Shown piece after piece: positions 26,744 through 34,281 of a stretch of 64,000 bases of DNA; within the stretch, counting starts at the first letter, position 1; every line of letters starts with the position of its first letter. The notes under the pieces were generated by a model. That model was not told the DNA's origin and ran no database searches. It saw nothing but the letters and a program-made list of their open reading frames with translations. The translations under genes and the position numbers were made by a program. Source of the DNA: Thermoanaerobaculia bacterium (lineage in GTDB: Bacteria > Acidobacteriota > Thermoanaerobaculia > Multivoradales > UBA5704); contig DATFNZ010000229.1 in NCBI GenBank assembly GCA_035266085.1, positions 9,129 to 73,128 on the forward strand. Direction: 5' to 3'.

Positions 26744-27049
26744 CTAGCCCAGGAACTCGGTGACGCAGAGCGCACGGGCGATGCAGTCCCGGACGGCCAG
26801 CCTGTAGGTCACGCTCGTGCAGTTGGTGGCGAAGACGCCGGTGAGCGACACATTATTCGTACCGGTTCCGTCGACGAATCGGGAGACGGTAGCGTCGGCA
26901 CCCGCTTCGTCGGAGTTGACGCCCACTCCTTGCAGACTGGGATGAGCCCAAATCGAAGAGGGCCCGAAGTTGTGGACCAGGGTGGCCGACGCATTCGTAT
27001 TGATCGCTCCGATGTTGAGCCCATTCGCCAGGATCCCTACAATTGCCAT
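26744..27049 (-). CDS. hypothetical small protein (Gly/Asn/Thr-rich)
   Basis: 101 aa with a strong SD (AAAGGAGATCTCC-ATG). No family was recognised. Confidence 0.5.
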   Translation of the reverse strand: MAIVGILANGLNIGAINTNASATLVHNFGPSSIWAHPSLQGVGVNSDEAGADATVSRFVDGTGTNNVSLTGVFATNCTSVTYRLAVRDCIARALCVTEFLG

Positions 27050-27177
27050 GGAGATCTCCTTTCAAGTTTCGGTTAGACTTCAAATGCTTAAATTTTCTTG
27101 ACGGATAGAGGAACGAAGCGGACGGGCGCTTATCCTCACGTCCGCCGCGCAAGCAGGCGCGCTATGATGGCCTTGCC

Positions 27178-28167
27178 ATGGCCGAAGAACCCAAGAAGAA
27201 CGACGTCCTGGAGCTCGCGCCGGAGACCTTCCTGCCCGAGGAGGAGACCGAGGAGCAGAAGGGCTTCTGGAAGAAGCTGAAGCGCGGGCTCTTCATGACT
27301 CATACGGAGATCATCGACAAGGTCTCCGCGGCGGTGAACAACAAGGTCGTCCTCGACGACCAGACGATCGAGTACCTCGAGGAGATCCTGATCGGCGCCG
27401 ACATGGGCGTCGAGACCTCGATGGAGCTGGTCGAGCGCGTCCGCAAGAACGCCCTGGCGGAGCAGACGGCCAGCGCCACCCGGCTGCGCAAGCTGCTGTC
27501 CGACGAGGTGGCGGACCTGCTGGCCGAGATGCCGCGCCCGCGGGTGTTCGGCCGCGGCCCCATGCTGACCCTGGTGGTCGGCGTCAACGGCGTCGGCAAG
27601 ACGACCTCCATCGCCAAGCTCGCCAAGCGCCACCAGCAGAGGGGCGAGCGGGTGATGCTGGCCGCGGGCGACACCTTCCGCGCCGCCGCCATCGAGCAGC
27701 TCGCCCTCTGGGGCGACCGGCTGGGCCTCGAGGTCGTCCGCCAGGGCCAGGGCGCGGATCCGGGCGCCGTGATCTACGACGCCATCCACGCCGCCAAGGC
27801 GCGCAAGATCGATCAGCTCATCGTCGACACCGCCGGCCGGCTCCATACCAAGGACCACCTGATGGCCGAGCTCAGCAAGGTGCGCCGGGTCATCGACCGC
27901 GAGGCCCCCGACTGGCAGAAGCGGACGATCCTGGTGCTCGACGCCACCACGGGGCAGAACGCCCTGGCCCAGGCCCGCACCTTCAGCCAGGTGGTGCCCA
28001 TCGACGGCGTCCTGCTGGCCAAGATCGACGGCACGGCCAAGGGCGGCATGGTGGTGGCCATCGCCAAGGAGCTGAAGCTGCCCGTCCTCTATCTCGGGGT
28101 CGGGGAGAAGGCCGACGACCTGGTGGATTTCCGCCCCCGGGAGTTCGCCGCTGCCCTCGTCGGCTGA
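27178..28167 (+). CDS. ftsY: signal-recognition-particle receptor
   Basis: 'LVVGVNGVGKTTSIAKLA', 'DTAGRL', 'AKIDGTAKGG', with an acidic N-terminal extension. Confidence 0.95.
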   Translation: MAEEPKKNDVLELAPETFLPEEETEEQKGFWKKLKRGLFMTHTEIIDKVSAAVNNKVVLDDQTIEYLEEILIGADMGVETSMELVERVRKNALAEQTASATRLRKLLSDEVADLLAEMPRPRVFGRGPMLTLVVGVNGVGKTTSIAKLAKRHQQRGERVMLAAGDTFRAAAIEQLALWGDRLGLEVVRQGQGADPGAVIYDAIHAAKARKIDQLIVDTAGRLHTKDHLMAELSKVRRVIDREAPDWQKRTILVLDATTGQNALAQARTFSQVVPIDGVLLAKIDGTAKGGMVVAIAKELKLPVLYLGVGEKADDLVDFRPREFAAALVG

Positions 28168-28228
28168 TTTCCTGCGGCGAGCGCTGCGCCTCGCCGCCCG
28201 CGGCCGCTACCGCACGTCCCCCAACCCC

Positions 28229-29272
28229 ATGGTCGGCGCCGTCGTGGCGCGCGGCGATGAGGGCGATGAGATCGTGGGGAGCGGCTGGCACCGGCAGGTG
28301 GGCGGACCCCACGCCGAGGTCGAGGCGCTCGCCGAGGCGGGCCCGCTCGCCCGCGGCGCCACGCTCTACGTCACCCTCGAGCCCTGCTCCCATCACGGCC
28401 GCACGCCGCCCTGCGTGGACGCCGTGCTGGCGGCGGGCATCGCCCGCGTGGTGGCCTGTCATGGCGATCCCGATCCCCGCGTCTCGGGACGCGGCTTCGC
28501 GAAGCTGCGCGAGGCCGGCGTCGAGGTCGAGGTGGGGGTTCTCGCCGCCGAGGCGATCCGCCTCAACCTCCGGTTCCTGGTCGCCGCCACGCTCCGGCGG
28601 CCGGCGGTGACGCTCAAGTGGGCGATGAGCCTCGACGGCCGCATCGCCACCGCTACCGGCCAGAGCCAGTGGATCTCCTCCCCCCAGGGGCGACGCTGGG
28701 CGCTCGCCCTGCGCGAGGAGCACGACGCCATCCTCGTGGGGAGCGGCACCGTGCTGGCCGACGACCCGCGCCTCGACCGGCGCCTCGGACTGGCGGCCGG
28801 GCCCAATGTGCGGGTGGTGATGGACCGCCGGCTGCGCGTGCCTCCCGGGGCCCGGCTCTTCCAGGTACCGGGGCCGGTGCTGATCTACACTGAATCGGCC
28901 GACCGGGAGCGCCGCGAAGCGCTGGAGGCGCGAGGGGCGGAGGTGGCCGTGCTCCCCGCCGTCGAGCCCGCCGCCGTGCTCGCGGACCTCTACGAGCGCA
29001 GCTCTCGGAGCGTGCTGGTGGAAGGGGGAGCCGAGGCTCTGGCGAGCTTCGTCGAGAGCGGCTGCTATGATCGGGTGATGGTCGACTGCGCGCCCCTGCT
29101 GATCGGCGGCAAGGGCGCTCCCGGGCCGCTGGCGGGAGAGGGATTCGCAGCCCTCACCTCGGCGGCGCGCCTGGACGAGTTGGAAGCCCGGAAGCGGGGC
29201 GGAGATCTGATCCTGACGGGGTATCGAAAACGATGTTTACAGGACTTGTCGTCGTCGGTTCGACCGTCCTGA
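28229..29272 (+). CDS. ribD: bifunctional riboflavin-biosynthesis deaminase/reductase
   Basis: 'HAEVEALAEAG...TLEPCSHHGRTPPC' (CDA zinc motif) plus a reductase half 'VTLKWAMSLDGRIAT'. Conserved N-terminal residues (FLRRALRLAARGRYRTSPNPMVGAVV) are encoded upstream of the first ATG, so the real start is probably near 28169-28175 (non-ATG). Confidence 0.9.
   Translation: MVGAVVARGDEGDEIVGSGWHRQVGGPHAEVEALAEAGPLARGATLYVTLEPCSHHGRTPPCVDAVLAAGIARVVACHGDPDPRVSGRGFAKLREAGVEVEVGVLAAEAIRLNLRFLVAATLRRPAVTLKWAMSLDGRIATATGQSQWISSPQGRRWALALREEHDAILVGSGTVLADDPRLDRRLGLAAGPNVRVVMDRRLRVPPGARLFQVPGPVLIYTESADRERREALEARGAEVAVLPAVEPAAVLADLYERSSRSVLVEGGAEALASFVESGCYDRVMVDCAPLLIGGKGAPGPLAGEGFAALTSAARLDELEARKRGGDLILTGYRKRCLQDLSSSVRPS
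29233..29254. repeat. 22-bp perfect direct repeat, copy 1 (ATGTTTACAGGACTTGTCGTCG)
   Basis: It is identical to 29832..29853, which is the first 22 nt of ribE. Copy 1 lies inside the 3' end of ribD. Confidence 0.95.
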
Positions 29273-29289
29273 GCCGGCTTCAGCGGGTC

Positions 29290-29298
29290 TGCTAGAAT
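29290..29298 (+). promoter_or_regulatory. extended -10-like element TGcTAGAAT, 8 nt upstream of the yefM ATG
   Basis: TGnTAGAAT ends at 29298 and the ATG is at 29307. No SD lies in between, which gives a leaderless-type layout. Confidence 0.4.
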
Positions 29299-29306
29299 CG
29301 CGGATC

Positions 29307-29561
29307 ATGAACGCCGTCACCCTGAAGGACGCCAAGCTCAATCTGGAACGGCTCGTCGAGCAGGTCATCGCGGACGCGGAACCCACAATCATCGTTACCG
29401 ACAGCGGCGAGCAGGTCGTGTTCCTGCCGCTCGATGAGTACAACTCCTGGAAGGAGACCCTCTACCTGCTGGCGAATCCCGCCAACGCGGATCACCTGCG
29501 CCGGTCGATCGCCGAGGCCCAGGCCGGCAAGGTGCAGGAGCGAGAGCTCCTCGAAGCATGA
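29307..29561 (+). CDS. yefM: Phd/YefM-family antitoxin
   Basis: 'VTLKDAKLNLERLVEQV...PTIIVTDSGEQVVFLPLDEYNSWKETLYLLANPANADHLRRSIAE' is a classic YefM pattern. Confidence 0.9.
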   Translation: MNAVTLKDAKLNLERLVEQVIADAEPTIIVTDSGEQVVFLPLDEYNSWKETLYLLANPANADHLRRSIAEAQAGKVQERELLEA

Positions 29562-29818
29562 AGTTGGGCTTCACACCCGCCGCATGGGAAGACTACCTCT
29601 GGTTCCAGGACCATGACCGGAAGCTTCTGAAGCGGATCAACTTGCTGATCAAGGATACCCTCCGCACCCCGTTCTCAGGCATCGGCAAGCCGGAGCCCCT
29701 CAAGGCCGACCTGGCAGGGTACTGGTCCCGCCGGATCAGCGACGAGCACCGCCTGATCTATACCGCGACTGCGACCGACGTGACGATCATCGCCTGCCGG
29801 TACCATTACTCGAAGTAA
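29558..29818 (+). CDS. yoeB: YoeB/Txe-family mRNA-interferase toxin
   Basis: 'FTPAAWEDYLWFQDHDRKLLKRINLLIKD..RTPFSGIGKPEPLK..LAGYWSRRISDEHRLIY...IIACRYHY'. ATGA overlap with yefM. Confidence 0.9.
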   Translation: MKLGFTPAAWEDYLWFQDHDRKLLKRINLLIKDTLRTPFSGIGKPEPLKADLAGYWSRRISDEHRLIYTATATDVTIIACRYHYSK

Positions 29819-29831
29819 GGCGAGCCGCGCC

Positions 29832-29853
29832 ATGTTTACAGGACTTGTCGTCG
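29832..29853. repeat. 22-bp perfect direct repeat, copy 2 (start of ribE)
   Basis: Identical to 29233..29254. Confidence 0.95.
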
Positions 29854-30482
29854 AGCGTGGGAGTCTGATCGAGGATCCGCGGCCCTCGGGTCAGGGCGGG
29901 GTGCGCTTGTCGATCGGCATGAGCCCGGGTCTCGCGGCGCGGCTGGAGACGGGCGCCAGCGTCGCCGTCTCCGGCGTCTGCCTGACGGTGACGGAGCCGG
30001 GCGGCGACCGGGTGGCCGTCGAGCTCTCTCCCGAGACGCTCGCGCGCACCACCCTGGGCGGTCTGCGCCGCGGCGACGGGGTCAATCTCGAGCCCGCTCT
30101 GCGCATGGGCGATCCCCTGGGCGGCCACTGGGTGCAGGGCCATGTGGACGGCACCGCCCGCGTGGTGGACCGCCGCGACCTTGCCGACCACCGGGTGCTC
30201 GCCTTTTCCATCCCCACGGAGCTGGCGCCGTTTCTGGTGGAGAAGGGCTCGGTGACGGTGGACGGCGTCAGCCTCACCGTGTCGGCCCTCCTCCCGGACC
30301 GCTTCGAAGTGGCCCTGATCCCCCACACCCTGGAGGTCACCACCCTCTCCCGGCTCGCGCCGGGCGACGGCGTCAATCTCGAGGTGGACGTGCTGGGCAA
30401 GTACGTGCACCGAATCCTCGCCGCCCGCGGGCTGGTCGCCCCGCTGCCAGCAACGGGCGAAACGGGCGAAACCTGGCCGTGA
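29832..30482 (+). CDS. ribE: riboflavin synthase alpha chain
   Basis: 'MFTGLVVERGS' plus the internal duplicated lumazine-binding halves ('VNLE' twice, 'GHWVQGHVDG'). Confidence 0.9.
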   Translation: MFTGLVVERGSLIEDPRPSGQGGVRLSIGMSPGLAARLETGASVAVSGVCLTVTEPGGDRVAVELSPETLARTTLGGLRRGDGVNLEPALRMGDPLGGHWVQGHVDGTARVVDRRDLADHRVLAFSIPTELAPFLVEKGSVTVDGVSLTVSALLPDRFEVALIPHTLEVTTLSRLAPGDGVNLEVDVLGKYVHRILAARGLVAPLPATGETGETWP

Positions 30483-31516
30483 GCCGCGCCGCCGGGGAAG
30501 CCGGCGAGGCGAAGCCAGCGGCCCAGCTCCCGGAGCCGGGCCGCTTCTGGGTGCGCTACGTCCCGCGCTCCTGGGAAACGCCCGAGCGCCCCTGGGTGAA
30601 CCTGGCGGCCGGCACCCTCGGCGACTGGGGCAAGGGCGCCAAGTCCCGCTCCGCAGACATCGCCAGCCTGGCCGACGTCTCCCTCGACGACGTCCTCTAC
30701 CTGCCGCCCGTGCCGCCCCGCCGCGCCGCCGCCCGCGACGAGATGGGGCGCGCCCGGCTGGTGGGCGGCACTCCGGTGCTGATCCAGCTCTTCCCGGGCG
30801 AGGAGACGACCGTGCCGCCGGTCTCCGGGGCGGCGTTCGTCTTCGACCTGCTGGAAACCCTGCTGGAGCGCGACCTGGGGGCCCTGCGGCGGCTGCCTTC
30901 CGGCGCCATAGCCGTCTGGCCGCTGCTGCCGGGGCTGACCGACGATCCGGCCCTCTGGGAGCTGGGCTGCCGCGATCTGGCCGCCGCCGGGGCCCGCTGC
31001 ATCCAGGCCCTGACCCCGGTCCTGGCGCCGGCCGACCGGCGCAAGCTGGACGAGCGGTGGGGCGAGGAGGAGACGTTCGACGCCCTGTTCCACCGCCAGC
31101 CGCCCTCCGAGCGGGACTTCGCCCGCATGGCGCACCGTCACGGACTGGAGCCGTTCCTCTCCCGGCCGCTGCCGCGGCCGCCCGTGCTGGGCGCGGGCAA
31201 CCGCTGGATCGGCGGCGTTCTCGCCCTCGCCGGCGAGGTCTGGCTGCGGCTCGGCCACCCGGTGGAGCAGGGGCAGGCCTTCTACCGCGCCGCCCGCTGG
31301 GTGGACCGCACCCCGTATGATCTCGAGGCGCTGGCCCGCGAGGGCAACCTGGGAGTGCTGCCGCTCGACGAGGCGAGCCGCGGGATCGTGGCCGAATGCG
31401 CGGAGACGGGGGAGTCGGAACGGCTCGCCCGCCTCCTCGAAGACTACGTAGCGCCGGCGCCAGCCGGCACCGATGAACCCGGGAGGACCGCCGATGCCCC
31501 GATGCTCGACCCTTAA
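30479..31516 (+). CDS. hypothetical protein (distant resemblance to the C-terminal part of SplB-like radical-SAM proteins, but no Cys triad seen)
   Basis: 345 aa. The GTG start overlaps the ribE stop, and composition is normal. No CxxxCxxC motif is present. Confidence 0.45.
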   Translation: MSRAAGEAGEAKPAAQLPEPGRFWVRYVPRSWETPERPWVNLAAGTLGDWGKGAKSRSADIASLADVSLDDVLYLPPVPPRRAAARDEMGRARLVGGTPVLIQLFPGEETTVPPVSGAAFVFDLLETLLERDLGALRRLPSGAIAVWPLLPGLTDDPALWELGCRDLAAAGARCIQALTPVLAPADRRKLDERWGEEETFDALFHRQPPSERDFARMAHRHGLEPFLSRPLPRPPVLGAGNRWIGGVLALAGEVWLRLGHPVEQGQAFYRAARWVDRTPYDLEALAREGNLGVLPLDEASRGIVAECAETGESERLARLLEDYVAPAPAGTDEPGRTADAPMLDP

Positions 31517-32225
31517 GCTCCTCGTTCTTCTCCTCGCTCTCTTTGCCGCGGTTCCCGCCCGGGCCTCCTGGGAGGTGAGCGGCGACGCCACGCGCGAAGA
31601 CTTCCAGGACTTCCACAGCCGTTTCAGCTCCGACGCCTACTTCTATCCCCGCCACGGCGCCGCGCCCCTCGGCCTCATCGGCTTCGAGGTCTACGCCGAT
31701 GCGACCTACGACAAGAGCTTCGACGACGAGCCGTTCACGGCCACGGCCATCGACGGCGACCTCACGGGCGGCTTCCTGTCGGTGGCGCGGGTCGGGGCGC
31801 GCAAGGGGCTGCCCGGCGGCATCGACCTCGGGCTCTCCTACGCCAAGGCCCTGGACGGCGACGTGGACCTCGTCTCGGCCGAGATCCAGTACGCCTTCTT
31901 CAAGGGCGGCCTGCTCTCGCCCGCCCTCTCGCTGCGCCTGACCGGCACCCGCACCGTCGGCGCCAAGGCCTACGGCATCGACCAGTACGGCGCCGAGCTG
32001 CTGTTCTCCAAGGGCTTCGCGGTGCTCACGCCGTACGCCGGCGCCGGCGTCTACCGCAGCAAGGGGACGCTGGACCGGACGCTCGGACCGGACTTCGAAG
32101 AGACCGTCGACCGCGGCGTGATCTACGCCGGCCTGACCCTCAACCTCCTGCTCCCCAAGATCACGGTCGAGGTGGAGAAGGGCGAGGTGATTCAGGGCGC
32201 CGTGCGGGTCGGCATCGGGTTCTGA
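31494..32225 (+). CDS. secreted small beta-barrel outer-membrane-protein-like protein
   Basis: Signal peptide 'MPRCSTLKLLVLLLALFAAVPARA/SWE', alternating beta-strand pattern and C-terminal '...VRVGIGF' (terminal Phe). Confidence 0.5.
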   Translation: MPRCSTLKLLVLLLALFAAVPARASWEVSGDATREDFQDFHSRFSSDAYFYPRHGAAPLGLIGFEVYADATYDKSFDDEPFTATAIDGDLTGGFLSVARVGARKGLPGGIDLGLSYAKALDGDVDLVSAEIQYAFFKGGLLSPALSLRLTGTRTVGAKAYGIDQYGAELLFSKGFAVLTPYAGAGVYRSKGTLDRTLGPDFEETVDRGVIYAGLTLNLLLPKITVEVEKGEVIQGAVRVGIGF

Positions 32226-32233
32226 CCCGGATC

Positions 32234-33271
32234 ATGGAAATCGTCGACCTGCGATCCGACACCGTCACCAAGCCCGACGCGGAGATGCGCCGGGCCATGG
32301 CGGAGGCCGAGGTCGGGGACGACCTGTTCGGCGAGGACCCGACGGCCCGGCGGCTGGAGGAGGAGGGCGCGGCGGCCCTGGGGATGGAGGCCGCGCTCTT
32401 CTGCCCCTCCGGCACCATGGGCAACGAGATCGCCCTCCATCTGCTCGGCCGGCCCGGCGGCGAGGTGGTCTGCGACGCCGAGAGCCACATCGTGTGGTAC
32501 GAGGGCAGCGCGATGACCGCCCTCTCCGGGCTGCTGCCCCGCACCCTTCCCTCCCCGCGGGGGCTGCTCGATCCCGCCGCCGTCGAGGCGGCCATCGCGC
32601 CGGACGCGGTCTACCGCGCCCGCACCGTGATGCTCGAGGTCGAGAACACCCACAACATGGCGGGCGGCACCGTCTACGACCGGCCGCGCCTCGAGGCGAT
32701 CCTCGACGTCGGCCGCCGCCACGGTCTGCCGGTCCATCTCGACGGCGCCCGGCTGTTCAACGCCGCCGTGGCGCTGGGCGTCTCCGCCGCCTCCCTGGCC
32801 GCCGGTTTCGACTCGGCGATGGTCTCGCTCTCGAAGGGGCTGGGAGCGCCCATCGGCTCGCTCCTCTGCGGCGGCCGGGATTTCATTCACGAGGCCCGGC
32901 GGGTGCGCAAGATGTTCGGCGGCGGCATGCGCCAGGTGGGGATCATCGCCGCCGCCGGGCTGCTCGCCCTGCGGGACGGGCCGGCCCGCCTGGCCGGGGA
33001 CCACGAGAACGCCGCCCGCCTCGCCCGCGCGCTCGCCGAGACCCCGGGGATCGAGATCGATCCCGCCACGGTCCAGACCAACATCGTGATCTTCAGCCTG
33101 ACCCCCGAGCTGTGCGGCGGCTCCGCCGCGGCGTTCGTGGAGCGTCTGAAAGAGGCCGGCGTCCTGGCCATGACGGTGAGCGGCAACCGGGTACGCTTCG
33201 TCACCCACCGGGACGTGAGCGCCGGCCGGATCGAACAGGCGATCGAGCGGCTCCGGCGCCTGGCGGCCTGA
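32234..33271 (+). CDS. ltaE: low-specificity L-threonine aldolase (beta-eliminating lyase family)
   Basis: 'DLRSDTVTKP...M..A...GDD.FGEDPT...LE', 'FCPSGTMGN', 'SLSKGLGAPIGS' (PLP Lys). Confidence 0.85.
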   Translation: MEIVDLRSDTVTKPDAEMRRAMAEAEVGDDLFGEDPTARRLEEEGAAALGMEAALFCPSGTMGNEIALHLLGRPGGEVVCDAESHIVWYEGSAMTALSGLLPRTLPSPRGLLDPAAVEAAIAPDAVYRARTVMLEVENTHNMAGGTVYDRPRLEAILDVGRRHGLPVHLDGARLFNAAVALGVSAASLAAGFDSAMVSLSKGLGAPIGSLLCGGRDFIHEARRVRKMFGGGMRQVGIIAAAGLLALRDGPARLAGDHENAARLARALAETPGIEIDPATVQTNIVIFSLTPELCGGSAAAFVERLKEAGVLAMTVSGNRVRFVTHRDVSAGRIEQAIERLRRLAA

Positions 33272-33281
33272 AGCGATCGGC

Positions 33282-33659
33282 TTAAGGTATCCGCGCCACC
33301 AGGTCGATCTCCACCAGCGCCCCCTTGGGCAGGGCGGCGACCTGGATGGTGGTGCGGGCCGGGCAGTGGCTTTGGAGGGCCTCGGCGTAGAGCTCGTTGA
33401 CCTTGGGGAAGTTCGCGAAGTCGAGCAGGTAGATGGTGGCCCGCACGATGTCGGAGAAGGTGCAGCCGCCGGTGGCCAGGACGGCCGTCAGGTTGCTCAG
33501 CACCTGCCGGGTCTCGGCCTCGAAGCCGCCGGAGACCATCTCGTTGGTCCAGGGATCGAGCCCGATCTGGCCGGAGAGGTAGAGCCAGCCATCCACCTCG
33601 ACGGCCTGGCAGTAGGGTCCCAGGGCCTTGGGGGCGTTGTCCGAGTGGTGGAATTTCAT
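33282..33659 (-). CDS. ridA: RidA/YjgF-family reactive-intermediate deaminase
   Basis: 'APKALGPYCQAV...LYLSGQIGLDP', 'ARTTIQVAALPKGALVEID'. Confidence 0.9.
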   Translation of the reverse strand: MKFHHSDNAPKALGPYCQAVEVDGWLYLSGQIGLDPWTNEMVSGGFEAETRQVLSNLTAVLATGGCTFSDIVRATIYLLDFANFPKVNELYAEALQSHCPARTTIQVAALPKGALVEIDLVARIP

Positions 33660-33679
33660 CGTCGTTGAGCTCCTTTCCC

Positions 33680-34219
33680 TCAGGAGGGTGACGGCACTTC
33701 GGCCGAGTCCTCGGAGTCCATTACCGCGATATAGGGGAGGTTCCGGTAATGCTCGTTGAAGTCCAGGCCGTAGCCCACCACGAAGAGCTTCTCGATCTCG
33801 AAGCCGCGGTAGTCGATCTTGACCTCCGCTTCCCGCGCCGCCGCCTTATCGAGCAGGGCGCAGAGCTTGACGCTGCGGGCGCCCCGGAAGCGCAGCAGGT
33901 CGAGGATGGTGCGCAGCGTCCAGCCGGTGTCCACGATGTCCTCGATCAGCAGCACGTCCTTGCCGCGGACCGACAGGTCGAGGTCCTTGCGGATGCGCAC
34001 CTCGCCTGGTGTGGTGCTCGAGCCGTAGCTCGAGGTCTGGAAGAAGTCGATCGAGAGGGGCACCGTCAACCGTTTCAGCAGGTCCACCATGAAGAAGACC
34101 GATCCCTTGAGGACCCCGACGCAGACCAGCCGGTCGCTGCCGGCGTAGTCCCGGTCGATCTCCTCCGCCAACTCCTGCACCCTCCGTTCCAACGCTTCCT
34201 GGGAGATCAGCACGCGCAC
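33680..34219 (-). CDS. hpt: hypoxanthine phosphoribosyltransferase
   Basis: 'VLLIEDIVDTGWTL' PRPP-binding motif and 'KLFVVGYGLDFNEHYRNLPYI'. Confidence 0.9.
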   Translation of the reverse strand: MRVLISQEALERRVQELAEEIDRDYAGSDRLVCVGVLKGSVFFMVDLLKRLTVPLSIDFFQTSSYGSSTTPGEVRIRKDLDLSVRGKDVLLIEDIVDTGWTLRTILDLLRFRGARSVKLCALLDKAAAREAEVKIDYRGFEIEKLFVVGYGLDFNEHYRNLPYIAVMDSEDSAEVPSPS

Positions 34220-34281
34220 TCGGTGTTTTCCTTTCCCGTCTCTTGGCGTAATATCGTCACAGTTCTATCAGGTAACCCTCT

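Noticed and set aside
27050-28229. An FMN riboswitch or other leader element upstream of ribD, and any tRNA, rRNA, tmRNA or RNase P genes in the intergenic gaps (for example 52299..52584 and 61711..62232).
   Set aside because: ribD abuts ftsY, so there is no leader. I could not recognise cloverleaf-compatible or conserved ncRNA sequence in any of the gaps by eye. This is a weak negative without a covariance-model scan.
29233-29295. The 20-codon ORF MFTGLVVVGSTVLSRLQRVC* as a small gene.
   Set aside because: It is the duplicated first 22 nt of ribE running into cassette DNA. It is a by-product of the yefM-yoeB insertion, not an independent gene.
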